Assembly (NCBI GenBank): GCA_036172245.1
Contig: JAYWIR010000052.1
Span: 186,001-250,000, forward strand
Reading direction: 5' to 3'
Source of the DNA: Raillietiella orientalis
Lineage: Eukaryota
DNA: 64,000 nt
The position numbers and the translations under genes were made by a program. Under the pieces are notes generated by a model. That model did no database searches. It was not told where the DNA came from and saw nothing but the letters and a program-made list of their open reading frames with translations. Of the stretch, positions 12,200 to 24,230 are shown in pieces. Position 1 is the first letter of the stretch. Each line of letters starts with the position of its first letter.

Positions 12200-12882
12200 A
12201 GTGAACCAAGTGGTCGGAAGAGGTCGGGAGACGACATGGTCCAGCAGATGGGGTGCGGGAGGGTGTCCTTCTCGTCGCACCTATCCCAATCGGCATCCAC
12301 ACTCCCTCGCTGTCCAGTGGTGGAGGAGCGCTTTGCATGAGGATTCCCCCACGCAACACCGGCAATGCCAACTCCCGCCAATCGAGAGGGAGGACTCCAC
12401 TGTTGCAGCACGCTGGGGGACACCCCACCTCCTCCGGAGGGATGGCGAGGCAGCTCGCCCCTGCGACGCGACACTCGGGGCCGCAGAGCGCCGTCCGTGA
12501 GCTGCCGAGTTGGCCACGCGCTCAGAACTTTTTTCCCACCTTCGATGAGGAAGGACGCTTCCCACCTCGCGCGAAGGCCGCTGCGCCTTGCGTCCTTGAT
12601 GGAGGGCAGCACCGGGACAAGGGGGGTAGGGAGAGGGCCGCAGCAGCTTGCGTAGGCTGCACGAGATGTGCCTCAGTGGCTGCCGAACGTACCTGTCTGG
12701 CCGCAGGCGGCCAGAGAGGCCGCCTCGCTCGCGCGCCGTGGGTCTTCCGCCTTGCGGAAACTGACTCCTGGAGCCAGGCGGTGCAGTTCGCGGCGAAGCA
12801 GGAGATCCAGCTGTTCTCCTGCACCAAGGCAACCAACCATTCGACGCAGCCGATTGGCCACATTACCTCAGACTCGTGTCGT
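12200..12882 (-). mobile_element. LINE ORF2 C-terminal (zinc-finger region) fragment
   Basis: 12239-12882 is about 99% identical (roughly 7 differences by eye) to the reverse complement of 42419-43063. It encodes family C-terminal peptides (..HWTARECGCRLG..PHLLD). Confidence 0.8.
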
Positions 12883-13549
12883 TGGCTACGAGGATCAAAG
12901 TCAATCCGTCGCAGCCGGTCGCTCTCTTTTGGAGCAGGAGTCGCGCAGGTGGAAATGTAGAGCTGCGTTTCCCTGACTCCACAGGCTTTGCAGAGCTCCT
13001 CTTGGCTGCTGCCTGTCCGGTGCTTCAGTCAGGAGCCACTCAGAATGCCTCCGTGGAGGCACATCAGGAGCTTGTCCTGGGCATCCGGTGGTAGGTCGCT
13101 TCTCTGCATCGTTGCGCTAACGGCTACGTCCCGGATCCCCTAGCGACTATTGACCTCGTCCAGCGAGTCGTCTTCTTTTTTGTTACCCTTCACTCCATCG
13201 TGGGTGCTGGCGTTGGTGACCAGGCGCCGCGCATTGGTCGCTCGATGCTTCCGGGGCTCGCGGGTCCTGTAGCTGAATCTTCCCATCGCCTTCGCGACGC
13301 AGAGATGCAGTCGCGTTCTGTGGCCACCCGTGGCTCGCTGTCCTCAGTCACGAGTTTTCATTCCTGGTCTCTGGATCATCCATCTGTTTCCGGGTATCCC
13401 GAGGAACCCTTGTGAGATCAGGAATCACCATGGCCACCATTCTTGGCTCCTAGGCGCCATCTTCAACTGGTGAGCCGCCACCAGTGCCTTTTTTCGCTCT
13501 CACTTGTGGGGTCGGTGCTCTCCCGCTGGCTGTGTTTGCCCTATTAGGG

Positions 13550-15625
13550 TTGGCTGACATCAGGACTCTCGGACTGCTGACCGACTTCGGTTGGGCCCTG
13601 CGCGCCGCGCGAGGCCGCTGGTTCCGGTCGCCGGAGCGGGAGTTGCCGCACGTGCGCGCTGTCCACGGACTGTGCTGCTCGTTTGCCGCGGCATAAGGCA
13701 GGGTGACAACCTCAGCCCCCTGCTCTTCAGCATCTACTTTGAGTTGGTGCTGAGAGCATAGAGGGAGGGAGACTCTGGCAGCCCTGCCGAGATCGTCTCT
13801 GGGCATGCCTGCCATGTAGGCTTACACTGACGATCTTCTGCTGCTGCTCTCCCCGTGTGCACCCTGGCATCAGTGCTTGAAGGTTTCTTCGAGTTGCTTA
13901 GTCGCGCGACTGGACTTGAGGTGAACAGGACGAAGTCGTCCGTAGTGCCGACTGGCTAGACGTGGGCCCTATGATCGGACTGGATCCTCTTGGGGATCCC
14001 CACCGGGCGGGTACATCAAGTACCTTGACGTTCCGTTGGCGGATTTCCGCATAGCAGAAGCCTGGTCTGGCCGTCTTCAAAAAGTAGAAATGGCGCTCCA
14101 TCGTTCCGTGACTGCAAGCTCTACTTGCCAGAAAGGGGCCGCGGTTTGGAATGCGTTCGCGGCTTCCCTCCGCCGCCCTCTGATTTTTGTTTGCCCCGTC
14201 CCTGCAGCAGTTCGCAAAAGGACCGAGGACCTTGTAGGGCAAAGGGAGATCCAGAGTCCGTTTAAAAGACCTCTGTGCTCCGCATAGGAATGTTGGACTG
14301 GACCTACACTAGAGCGGATGGAGAGACAGCTCCAATTCAGAAGACTCGCCCTTGCATCCAAGCTCTGGACTACACCTTGGTGAGCTCCGGAAAGAATTCT
14401 CGCCTAACAGGCAACCGGCTACCAAGGAGTGACCAGGGTCGTCGTGGCCACCGAGCGGAGTCTGGGCCATCTCGACCCCCAGCTCCGACACATGGTTACC
14501 TTTGTGCAGGAGAACCCCTGGATCTCCGTCCTCCCCGCGAACTGGAAGGCCTGGCTGCAGGAGTCGCGTTTTCTTATGGGGAAGGATTAACGGCAAGGGC
14601 GAGGCAGAGTGCATCTGCCTTCGGAACAGCAGATACGAGCGCCAACCGCTGAAGGAGATCTCGGGAACACCAGGAATCTGCTGTCGGCTTCGTTCACCCC
14701 CCTTACTCCAGTGCTTCCCTCCTTACGGGGAGAAATGGACAGTCGAGTGCCAGCGAGGTGGGAAGTGACCTGCGTGATAATGAGCAGGAAAAAACACCTG
14801 GGTGCGTGGACAATCCGGGAGCTGGCGGACTCCGTGACCCCGAGTGTCCCACCAAAAGGACTGCTACTCTGGGGAGAGCTGCTACAAATTCCTCCGGAGG
14901 AGGTACAGTGGACCCCAGAGTGTTGGAACTGCCACCCTCCCCCTGAAGTGGCAGGAGTCGGCATTGATGATGCTGCACTGGGACCTCCCGTACAACGCTC
15001 GTCGGCATCACTGAACATGGGTGTATGAGGACCCAAACTGTGCAAGGTACGTGGGGAGCAAGAATCCCTCACGTACCTCTTAGTGGACTGTGTTTCCCTC
15101 CGTCATTTTGAAACGCTTTGCCGCGAACCTTGGAACCCCAGGCGGCAACACCAGAGACGTTAGAAAGCGCCTCTTCCTGCGCGACGCGCTCACGCCGGAC
15201 GCACCCCTGGCAGCACTTTGCTGCCCACGTGATGGGACCGTGGCTGCGTGAAGCAATGCCAGACGAGGCCAGGACGACAGGGACGCCGTCTATTCTATTG
15301 TCCTCTTCATGAGGATGGCGTCGAGATAGCCCCACCTGGAAGTCTCGAAACAGGAACTTGCCGGCATCCTTACAAGGATGCGGAGGACACCCTCCAGAAC
15401 ACAGTGATATCTTCCCCAATCCCCAACCCCTCTCCCATTTTTTTTCGACTGCATTTTTTATGTCTCCCCTTCCTCTATGCAGCCGAGGCGATCCCCGCTG
15501 GCCTGCATGCCAGTTCCCGGCAGGTTCCTTCTGCACGTTTTGTGACGTGGCAGGATCACGCATCTTGCCGTTGACGTCCAAGTTTTATTTTTAATAAATA
15601 AACGCCCCGGCGTGACTGGAACCAC
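13550..15625 (+). mobile_element. L1/Tx1-like LINE copy B: RT C-half to 3' end
   Basis: RGIRQGDNLSPLLFSIYFELVLRA (about 13690), AYTDDLLLLL (about 13820), WGELLQIPPEEVQW, CKVRGEQESLTY (zinc-finger region); ends in a T-rich UTR with AATAAATAAACGCCCCGG. Confidence 0.8.
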
Positions 15626-15629
15626 TGAT

Positions 15630-16560
15630 CGGAAGAGTCCCGCCGATCGTCCTGTTCCCGGTGCGGCGAGGGGGAGTGGCCCAGGATGTTCAGCTTCCGG
15701 CACGCTTCCGGTTCTTCCCGCCGCACTGCATGTTCGCGAACAGGTGGATGGCCTGTTCCGGCCGGTCCCAGTCGTCGACTCTGCGGATGCTGGCGTCCCG
15801 CAGGACCGCCTCGATGAGTTGCCGGGAAACTGGCGAGCCGTTCTTCGGGCACGCAGATTAGCGCCGCTGCCAAGGTGAACCCGCACCAGAGGGTGGTCCG
15901 AAACAAAACGAGAGCGGGATCCGCGCGTCCCGGGATCCCCGGATGCGGTTCCCTACGTCCTCACTGTACAGTTCGATCGGCTTGTGGCTGGTTGTTAGTC
16001 ACTGCAGTCCGAACTCATCAGACAGCAGCCGATGCGACCCTCCTCCTCGTGGGTCTTGCTGGTCTGCATGCCTCGTGGCGGCCGGGACGACGACGACGAT
16101 GTCTTTGGAAGAGGCTTTGCTGCGCAGCAGACTCTGCGCGGGTTCCACGCACCGGTGTTTCTCTCGATACGGTACGTACACGTTCCCCGGGGCCAGGTGG
16201 GCATTTCCTGACCAGGACATCCGAATGTCGGTGCGCCGCGGACGGACAACGGGGAAGAGAACTCCAGGGCAACGGGCGCGACTCGTTCTTCGCCAGGATC
16301 GCCACGCCCTTCGTCTGCTTCTCTCGCCCGGGCTAAGGAGCAGTTGGGCAGTCCAGTAGCCGCTCGGGTTCCAGGCGCATGCCTTGCCCCGCCTCGTGGG
16401 TTCTCCTGGAGGCACATGGCGCCGTCGCGCTCTGCAGTCTGCGAGATCCCTCTCCTCTTGTCCTGGCTCCGCACGCCGTCGGTGTTCCGGGAGGCTATCT
16501 TCAGGTGTCTGGCTGACGGCGGGAAGGAGCACATCGGCGTTGATCTCTTGGGTTTTTCGC
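15630..16560 (+). mobile_element. LINE endonuclease-domain relic directly downstream of copy B
   Basis: SLYSSIG, TLLLVG (GDFN position) and GTYTFPGAR-like degenerate APE motifs; homologous to 9200-9700(-). Confidence 0.4.
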
Positions 16561-16847
16561 TATGGAGACTCGAAACCCGCGACTAGCGCACCCCTCGTTC
16601 TCTGCATCTGCATCTTCTTTTTTGTTTTTTTGTTTTTTAATGGCCAGTAGCGACCCCACGAGGAGATCGTTACTATTGCCTAGGATGATGGAAATCCTTT
16701 TGGGTTTTTTGTTTTCTCTGTCTTCTCTGTTTTTTCCATTCGCTATTTTTGCTTTTTTTTTTTTTTTCGGGTTTTTATTTTCTTTGGTTCGCTAAGTACC
16801 TCAAGAGCCGGTCGCATGCCTCGCGGCGCGCATTTGGCTCTTTAGCA

Positions 16848-17672
16848 CCACGCCACCCGCGGAGGGTGCGTGTACTTCTTCAAGATAGGGGGCACCCCGG
16901 GAGGGGGGTCCGCCCTATGAATCCAGGAAGGGCTCGGAGTCCGTTCCTCTCACGCTTGGGAAGGGATCCACCTGGGAGGGGGGGGATCGCACCTCCCACC
17001 CTGGTTGTCTCCGAAAGGAAACCCTGAACGGAATCTCCTTCATTCCCTCCGGAGGGACACCTCGTGGGAGGGGGTGGTCCTCTCTATTTCATCTTCTCCG
17101 AAGGGAACCCGAAAGGATCCGCTGCTAGGAATTTCTTCTCCGGAGGGAACCCGCAAGGGAATCGCTCCTGTTCACTTCTCTGAAGAGAACCCCGAAGGGA
17201 TGCTTCCGAAACTCAGAAGGGGCGCTGCAGCTTCCCGCAGGGGGATCGCTCTCGCTTGCTTCCTTGCATTCTTCTGGAGAGGCGGCGACTCGGAGGGTCC
17301 CCCGCAACGGGGAGGGTCCGCTCCTTTGAACAACTGGAGAGGTGCCTGTGAAGGCTCCTGCTCCATCTTGTAAACCAAAGAGGTCCCCCGGTGTAAGGGT
17401 CCGCTCTCCGTTGTATGACCGGAGGGGGAACTCCCCACTCCTCGATTCCTGGGAGGACCCGAAGGTCGACTCCCGTTGTTCCGGCCTTCATCGGTGGCCT
17501 CCGGCTTGAACGACCCCCTGTGCCACGCCCGAATGTCTCGGCCAACCAGCGCCATTGCAGGAGAAACTCGGCACCCATCGACGCAGTGACGTCAGTTTCT
17601 GCCGGAGTATTCGAACCCGCGACGCATAGTGCCACACGCGGAAGCCTTAACCACAAAGCCTCCGACGCGGGC
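16848..17672 (-). mobile_element. tRNA-headed SINE-like element, copy 1
   Basis: Minus-strand head has A-box-like GGCTTTGTGGTTAAGG (17660-17645) and B-box GGTTCGAATAC (17617-17607). The body carries about 40-bp subrepeats. The 3' part is homologous to 27600-27842 (e.g. CCACGCCACCCG, ATGAATCCAGGAAGG, GAAAGGATCCGCT). Confidence 0.6.
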
Positions 17673-17799
17673 ATCTTCTTTTTCACACGGTGACTACGGG
17701 GATTTTGTTGCAAAAAATCTCCCCCACCTTCCCCATCCCACCCCCAAAAAAGCAGTCATATAAAATATTTTAAAAACGCCTTTTGTCGTGAGGGTTTCT

Positions 17800-18960
17800 C
17801 AGCAGCACCGCTACGAAAGGAAATGTCCCGGAGGCGCTGTTTCTCGCGAGCAGCTCCCCCGATGATGCCCGCACTAAAGAGGTGGGGAGGGGGTAAACGA
17901 AAACAAAAGAAAAAAACACACAAAAGTTCAGTTTAAAAATATGTTGAAGAGGGGGGAGCACACATTTCTTCCTGACGTCCTCGGCATCCTCTGGAGGATG
18001 TTGGCGACTTCGCCCCTTTGTCTTGGCAGAGATGCGGTCGTCTTGTCGCCTTCCTCACGAAGGAGGCAGACGATTGCGATGACGTCACCGCTCGACCGGC
18101 CTCTTTCGGCGCGGCTTCTCGCCGCCACAAACCCACGGAGGGAGCGCAGGGCTGCGAAGGAAGCCGCAGGCGACGTCGAGTCGCGCGCTCGAAGAGACGC
18201 CGTAAGATCCCCATGCCGTCGTCCATGGGGAGTTGGGGGGTCTCAGAGACGCGCTCCCAGACACTCAGGAAGGCAACGCAATCTAATAAGTGCAGGGAGG
18301 TTTCCCGTTCCTGCCGACACACGTTCATTGCCCCTCGTCCACCGGTGGACTCGCACGCTGCCTGGGGTCGCAACAAATGCCATGCCGAGTCCCGGCACTC
18401 CAGGGTCAGCGTGGGGCTGTTCACGAACACTAGGGGCAAATTCTGCCTTTCCGGGAGGAATGTCCAGGAGCTCCGCCCAGCGGAGAATTCCTCTGGGGAA
18501 GGCAGCGGGAGTGGAAGAGTCAGCCAGTTGACGCGCCGTCCAGCATCCCAACTGCTGCTTCTTTCCCGCCATCTCGCAAGGCCATCACCATGTCGACTTT
18601 GCCGCATTGGGTTGAGCGTGGCTGCGAGAGGGCTGTTGAGTACCCGGGTGGCCTTCCTTGGGCAGTCCATGGATTTACTGCAACGAGCGGCGAGCATCAT
18701 CCGGGAATCGCAGGCATCGGGATGGCTCCGGACGTTTCTTTCCGCCCACGCCCGAATCGTTCCCTTTTTCCAGGCGCCACAGTGGGCGGGGCGGCAGGAA
18801 ATCCGCCTGTCCTCCTGGACCGAGGCGACCATTTGCCGGAGTTGGCACCCGCCGCCGGGGCAACTCTCGGTCGGTGCCCATGCGCGAGGAACGGCACCAA
18901 GTCCCTCGGCGCCGGCAGCTCGCTTGGACAGGAGCCGGGCTGGCACGCACTAATGGTCGT
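17800..18960 (-). mobile_element. LINE ORF2 C-terminal region and 3' UTR
   Basis: CRQERETSLHLLDCVAFLSVWERV (zf-RVT-like), GILRRLF and RPHL..EVANILQRM; same family as copy C. Confidence 0.7.
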
Positions 18961-20699
18961 TCCGTCGATCCTTTAGTGTGGTAAGTCGCGAGTGTGAGTT
19001 GGTGATGAGTTGCGTTGCCGACGGAGTGCCCACGAGCTCCTATCGGGGTTTACCGCAGCCGGGGGGGGGGGGGGGGGAACCGGCAGTTTCGCCTCGGTAT
19101 TTGTACTCTAAAAACTGTGTTCGGCGAGGGCGAACGGATTTCCATGCCGTGGGCGACGGTGAAGAGAGATCCGGTCTTGGCGCTCGCCGCGCCCGGTAGA
19201 ACAGCCCCATCACTTGGAAATACGCCTCGTTTTGGGGCGTGGGGGGCGTCCGGAAACACACACACGAAAAAAAAAACAACTCTGCTCCTCCCTGGTCGCT
19301 CACCTGATTTCGTGGAGCTCGGGACATCTGAGAGTTCCAGCGGCGTGTTCAACCCTACGAAATTTCCCCTTAGGCATTGGCGGTGTTTCCAGCGCTGGCC
19401 TTCATCCTACTTTCCGTTCTTCGAGCCCTCGCGCCGTTTGCTTCCGCCCCAAGCTGCACCTCCAGGCTTCCCGAGAAAGGGGAGCCAAGGGCGTCGAGAT
19501 GCAAGGAGCGGACGGTCGCTGCACCACCTGACGGGAAGATGGCATCGAGAGAAGCTGGCAAGCCAAGAGGGCGCTCAGGGCGGCGATCCAGAATGCGGGT
19601 TTCGATTGCCCGTCTTGCCCTTGAGGAGGATGTTTCCCCGGGATGGAAGGAAAAACCTGGACTTTCGGACAAACTCGAGCTCTCTCCATTCCTTTTTTTG
19701 TTTTTGCGTGTGTGCTTCTTTGTTTGTTTGTTTTCGTCTTTTTTTTTTTTTTTTTTCGCGAAAGGTTGGCGAGGATGCAGCAAAGGTGGGAGCACTGCAT
19801 TCCGCTTCCCTGCTCCGAGCAGCTAACGATCGCCGTTCCGGATTTCGTGCGTTTTCTCCCGCGATCCATCAGCGGAAAAACGGATTCTCTCGCGCGCGAT
19901 GGAGATTTCCGGACGAAATCGTTAGGCCCAAACGAGGGCTGTCTGCTGCTTGTGGGCAGAGAAGGAGGAAAGGGGGGGACAAACACACGAAAAAAAAAAA
20001 AAAAAACCCTGAAAAACTGGGCTGCGCCAGAAAGCAGTGCGGCAGCGAGTTGAGGGCTGGACCCGGGTCGCGAGGCGACTCCTTGGAACGGGTTAAATGC
20101 GCGAGAGACCCCAACGTGGGTGAGTGCCTCGTGGGGTAGCGTGCAGGAACCACTGCCACTGAGGAAGCGGGTTCGAAACCCCACGTCTTTTTCCGTACAA
20201 TTCCGTGTGTGGCGCTGTTCGCTCAGGCGCAGAAGCGCTCAAAGGTGTCTTCCGATTACCCAAAAGCCCTGGCGATAGGAAAGGAGGAGAAAAGGGGTGA
20301 AGTGTGTCTGTTGCGCGGACCCTCAAACCCTCCCCCCCCCCCACCACCACATTGCGCGCTTCCCGTACGTTGGCTCCTTCCTGTGTATGTACACTACAAT
20401 GGGCACTACCTTTAGGGGAGGGGGTACCTCATGGGTGCCTGCGCAGTTTCCTTGCATCAGTTTTCAGTGCTGAGGTTCGGAAGTCCATTGCTGACCCCCT
20501 CTCTCACCACCCTACCCGTTTTTTCCCCCATTTGTTTGTTCGCACGCCTTCGAGGTGGGTGCAACTTCGTTTCCCTCTCTCCATCCCACCTTACTCCCCT
20601 TTTTTTTTCCTTTCTTCTATTTGTTTGTTCTCACGCCTTCGTGGTGGGGTGCAGCTTCGTCTGGCGTGCGCCGAAGGATCCTCCCCCCCGTCCCTTCTA

Positions 20700-21300
20700 G
20701 CACGAACGGGAGGAAACGGCAGAGGTATTCGTCGCTTTTCTGGAGACTTCAGCCAGCAGGGTGTGGCTGATAAGAGGGCGGAGGATGCCCGCGTTCCTCT
20801 GTGAAGCGACCTCTTGCTTCGTTCTTCTGGACCCATGTGCGAGCGGTTTCCTGTAACCAGACACTGCTGCTCGCGGACCAGCAAGAGTTCCAGGTGTTCG
20901 TCCTGGTCAACTTGGCCATTCGCCAGAGCTCCAGTCCGCAGCAGGTCACGTTGCATCGGGGTCATCTTCCACAGCGACAGAGAGAGGGCGCGAAAGCCAC
21001 CGCCGTCTCGCTCCCGTCCCACCACGCCCCTCGGGAGGGCGAGAACGCTCGGGGGCAATTCGAACGCCTCCGGGCCTCCCTTGATAGAGCCCGGGAGGGA
21101 GAGAGAGAGGGCCCGGCCGGTGAAGGCGGGGCAAGCGCAAGCGGGGAGGCTTCCACTCGTCCCCATTTCCGGCGGCGCCCGGAGATGCGCTTCTGCATCC
21201 CGTCCGTGGCCGACCGGGCAGGCTCACGCGAGCGAGCGCGAGAAGCCCCGCGAAACCGCGCGACAGGGGCGGGAGGGACAGGGGATGCTTCCATGTGAAA
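20700..21300. mobile_element. Junction of a minus-strand LINE fragment (to 20963) and a plus-strand EN-RT interdomain fragment
   Basis: 20813-20963 matches 22839-22989 with 2 mismatches. Downstream plus-strand peptide GEASTRPHFRRRPEMRFCIPSVADRAG resembles the L1/Tx1 GExxTxxF..I.xL.D..G interdomain motif. Confidence 0.55.
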
Positions 21301-21833
21301 GTGCGCCGCCTCCCAGCCCTCCGGCAGCTGTCCCCAATAAACGAGGCATCTCCAGGCTCGTCACGAACCGGAGAGAGGGAAGGAAAGGGAGGGAAGGACC
21401 GCGCGGACGCTGCCGCGAGAGGGATGCAAGAAGGAAGACGCGCCGACCACCTCCCTGCTTCTCCCTCCCTCGTCATCCGCCCCTTGCGAGAGGGCGGAAG
21501 GCCGAGAGAGGGCACCATGTGTAGCTGTCGTCCCTCCCCAGCCCCGACGCGGCGCGCCGATCCCGGCGAGGGCTCCAGGGCGCGTTTTGTCACCCGAGAA
21601 CGCTCGGTCAGCTGCGCGCTGGAGATGCTCCCACGGCAGCTCCCACGGCACTCGCCCGTGGCGACCTGCCCTCGCCTTTTTCCAGAGGACTCCCATGCGT
21701 AGGTCGTCCTTAGCGACGCCGACGCCATCTTCTCTATCCCTCCTCTCCTTCCGTCCCAGAAAAAAAGAAAAAATCGCCCGATTTTCTCAGGTTTGAGGAA
21801 ATTCCGGATGATTACGGTGGAGGTGGCGGTCGT

Positions 21834-24230
21834 GGTTTATCACCCAGATGCTCCGGGGAGTTTCTTTTCTACAAGAAACATACATAGTGTAGGACCATCG
21901 GCCCTACAGCGTTCCAAAGTGTTCGGGACCTGCCGAGTAGCCAGCACAGAGGCCGGGGAGGTTCGCCTCGGCAGCGGAGGGGCAAGGGAGAAACAAAAAT
22001 AAAAAAAAAATGCTGTTTACAAAAAAAAAATGGGAGAGTTGGCGTAGGGACCGCTGTCAGCTGGAGGGCGTCCTCTGCATCCTTTCCAGGATGCTGGCAA
22101 GTTCCATCCGAGTATGGATCCCAAGTGGGGCCATCTTGCTGACGTCCGCAGGAAGCGCAGGGAGAAGAAGATGGCGTCCTTCTCGTCCCGTCCTTCACTT
22201 GCAAAGCTCCAGGCCGCCACAATCCCGCGTAGGCAGCAGCAAAAAGTTGCTGGGGATGCGGCAGGCGAAAGGGCATCGCGCACGAAGAGGCGCCCCTGGA
22301 ATTGTTCGTCAGTGCGCCAAGGGCCGTTGCATAACGCAACCACAGGGGCCAGAGGGCAACACAGTCTACAAGCAGGTGCGGGAGCTGGGGTTCTTGTTCA
22401 CCGCACCTGCAACACTTGGTCCAGTGGGAACAGCGGGCGTTGCACGGGATACCCCAGTGCAACAGCAGAAGTGCCGACTCCTGCCATTTCATGGGGAGGG
22501 CCCGGCTGTTCTTCAGCACTGGGAGCTACTCGAGGTCTTCTTGTGAGACTCTCAGAAGCTCACCCCAGAGCAATAGTCATTTTGGAGGGACACTTGGGGA
22601 CTCAGTGTCCGTGAGCTGGCCCGTGCTCCAACCACCAAATTCCTTCATTCGAAGTCCTATTTCGCAACTGACCTCCCATTTGTCCCGCTGGTTGCTGCTC
22701 AAGTGCTCCCTAAGGGAGGGCAATGCCGCGGCTAGAAAGGTCCTTTCTGCTCACGGACGCGTTCTGGGCTGCACGATGACGTCCTGCAGCGAGCGGTTGT
22801 TGTGAAAGGAGTACAGAAGTCGCTGTCGCATCTCCGGACTTGCTTCTTTCTTCTGGACCCATGTGCGAGCGGTTTCCTGTAACCAGACACTGCTGCTCGC
22901 GGACCAGCAGGAGTTCCAGGTGTTCGTCCTGGTCAACTTGGCCATTCGCCAGAGCTCCAGTCCGCAGCAGGTCACGTTGCATCGGGGTCCCACGCCAGGA
23001 ACGAAGACAGTCCCACGTAGCTGATGACTCGCTTGACCGGGTGACGTCGTGCAGGCTCACACCAGCTGGTGCTCCACATCTTCGCCACTAGGTGCTCCAC
23101 ATCTTTCGCCCTCCACTGGAGCTGCAGCTCCAGCCACTCCAGTGTCAGGAGACCGAAACCTCTTTCGCGACGCGGAGCGCACAAGTCCTTCAAGCGAGCT
23201 CGGGGCTTCTCTGTGCCCCACAGGGATGTTCTCAGGAGGCCCTTCGTCCGCCTCTTAGTACTACTCGGTGGAGGGCAAAGAAAAAGAAGGGAGCGGAAGA
23301 GGGGGGCCACAAATGCGTTCCACACAGCGGCCCGTTCGGGCAAGAGAAACTTGCCATCCTGGAATGGCTGATTGCCGACTCTGCCTTCTGGAGGCAGTTG
23401 GACCACGCCTCCGCCAGAGAATACTCCTCCAGAGGCACACCGAGGTACTTAAAGTACCGAAACGTGGGGATCCCCAAGCGGATCCAGTCCAGCTGCCCTG
23501 CCCACGCCGAATCGACTGCTACCACGGACGTTTTCTCCCTGTTCACCTCCAGTCCTGTCTCATGGCTTAACAGCTCGAAGGACTCTTCGAGCGCCGACGC
23601 CAGGGTGAACATGGGGAGCAGCAGCAGAAGATCATCCGCATACACTGACACGGCAGATGTGCCTGGGCATGCGCGCGGCAGGCGGGCCAGAGTCTCCCTG
23701 TACGCCCTCAGCACCAGCTCAAAGTAAGTGCTAAAGAGGAAGGGGCTCAGACTGTCTCCCTGCCTCATGCCGCGGCGAACGAGCACGCCATGCAAGTTTC
23801 GACCACCGAAAGAAATAGTGGTCAGCGCGTCGCGCCAGCAGGAGCTCAGAAAGGTCATCAAAGAGGCCGGAAAGTCCATGCGTTCCAGAAGCTTCAGAAG
23901 AAGCTCCTGGTCGGCGCAGCCGAATGCTCTGCGCGAGTTGACTGCGACCCCATTCTCTCCTGACCGACCCGCCCACCACCGGCGGGCGTCCCGGAATTCG
24001 GGATGCCGACCATGTTTCCTTTGTTTGTGCTTCTCTGGAACCGAAACTAGGTGTTCTCGAGGAACAGGTTGGCGTCCATGCTCGGCCCGGGAACAGCATA
24101 CGACGGCTCCGGGCTGATGAAGCTGTCCACCACCCATCCCAATCGCCACGACTGCAGTTTCGCCAGCCACTAGTCTTCAGCATTCAACACGGTGTTCGGA
24201 CGCCAGTTGCTGAGGCTCCTTAGGTCACCT
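21834..24230 (-). mobile_element. L1/Tx1-like LINE copy C: RT, zinc finger and 3' end (best-preserved copy, still frameshifted)
   Basis: RPNTVLNAED (RPISLLN-like, about 24200); ORF 23232-24170 has RRGMRQGDSLSPFLFSTYFE, SVYADDLLLL and KYLGVPL; GFGLLTLE; ORF 21869-22519 has CCRCGEQEPQLPHLLVDC; 3' hairpin motif at 21834-21870. Confidence 0.9.

Noticed and set aside
12882..12902. TTGGCTACGAGGATCAAAGT, and GTATCTG..TCATCACTTTAA at about 24923-24947, as additional U2 fragments
   Set aside because: These are short gapped matches without TSDs and cannot be distinguished from chance by eye.
17008..17205. About 40-bp periodic repeats as a CRISPR-like array
   Set aside because: The units are degenerate with no unique fixed-length spacers, there are no cas genes, and they lie inside a SINE-like body.
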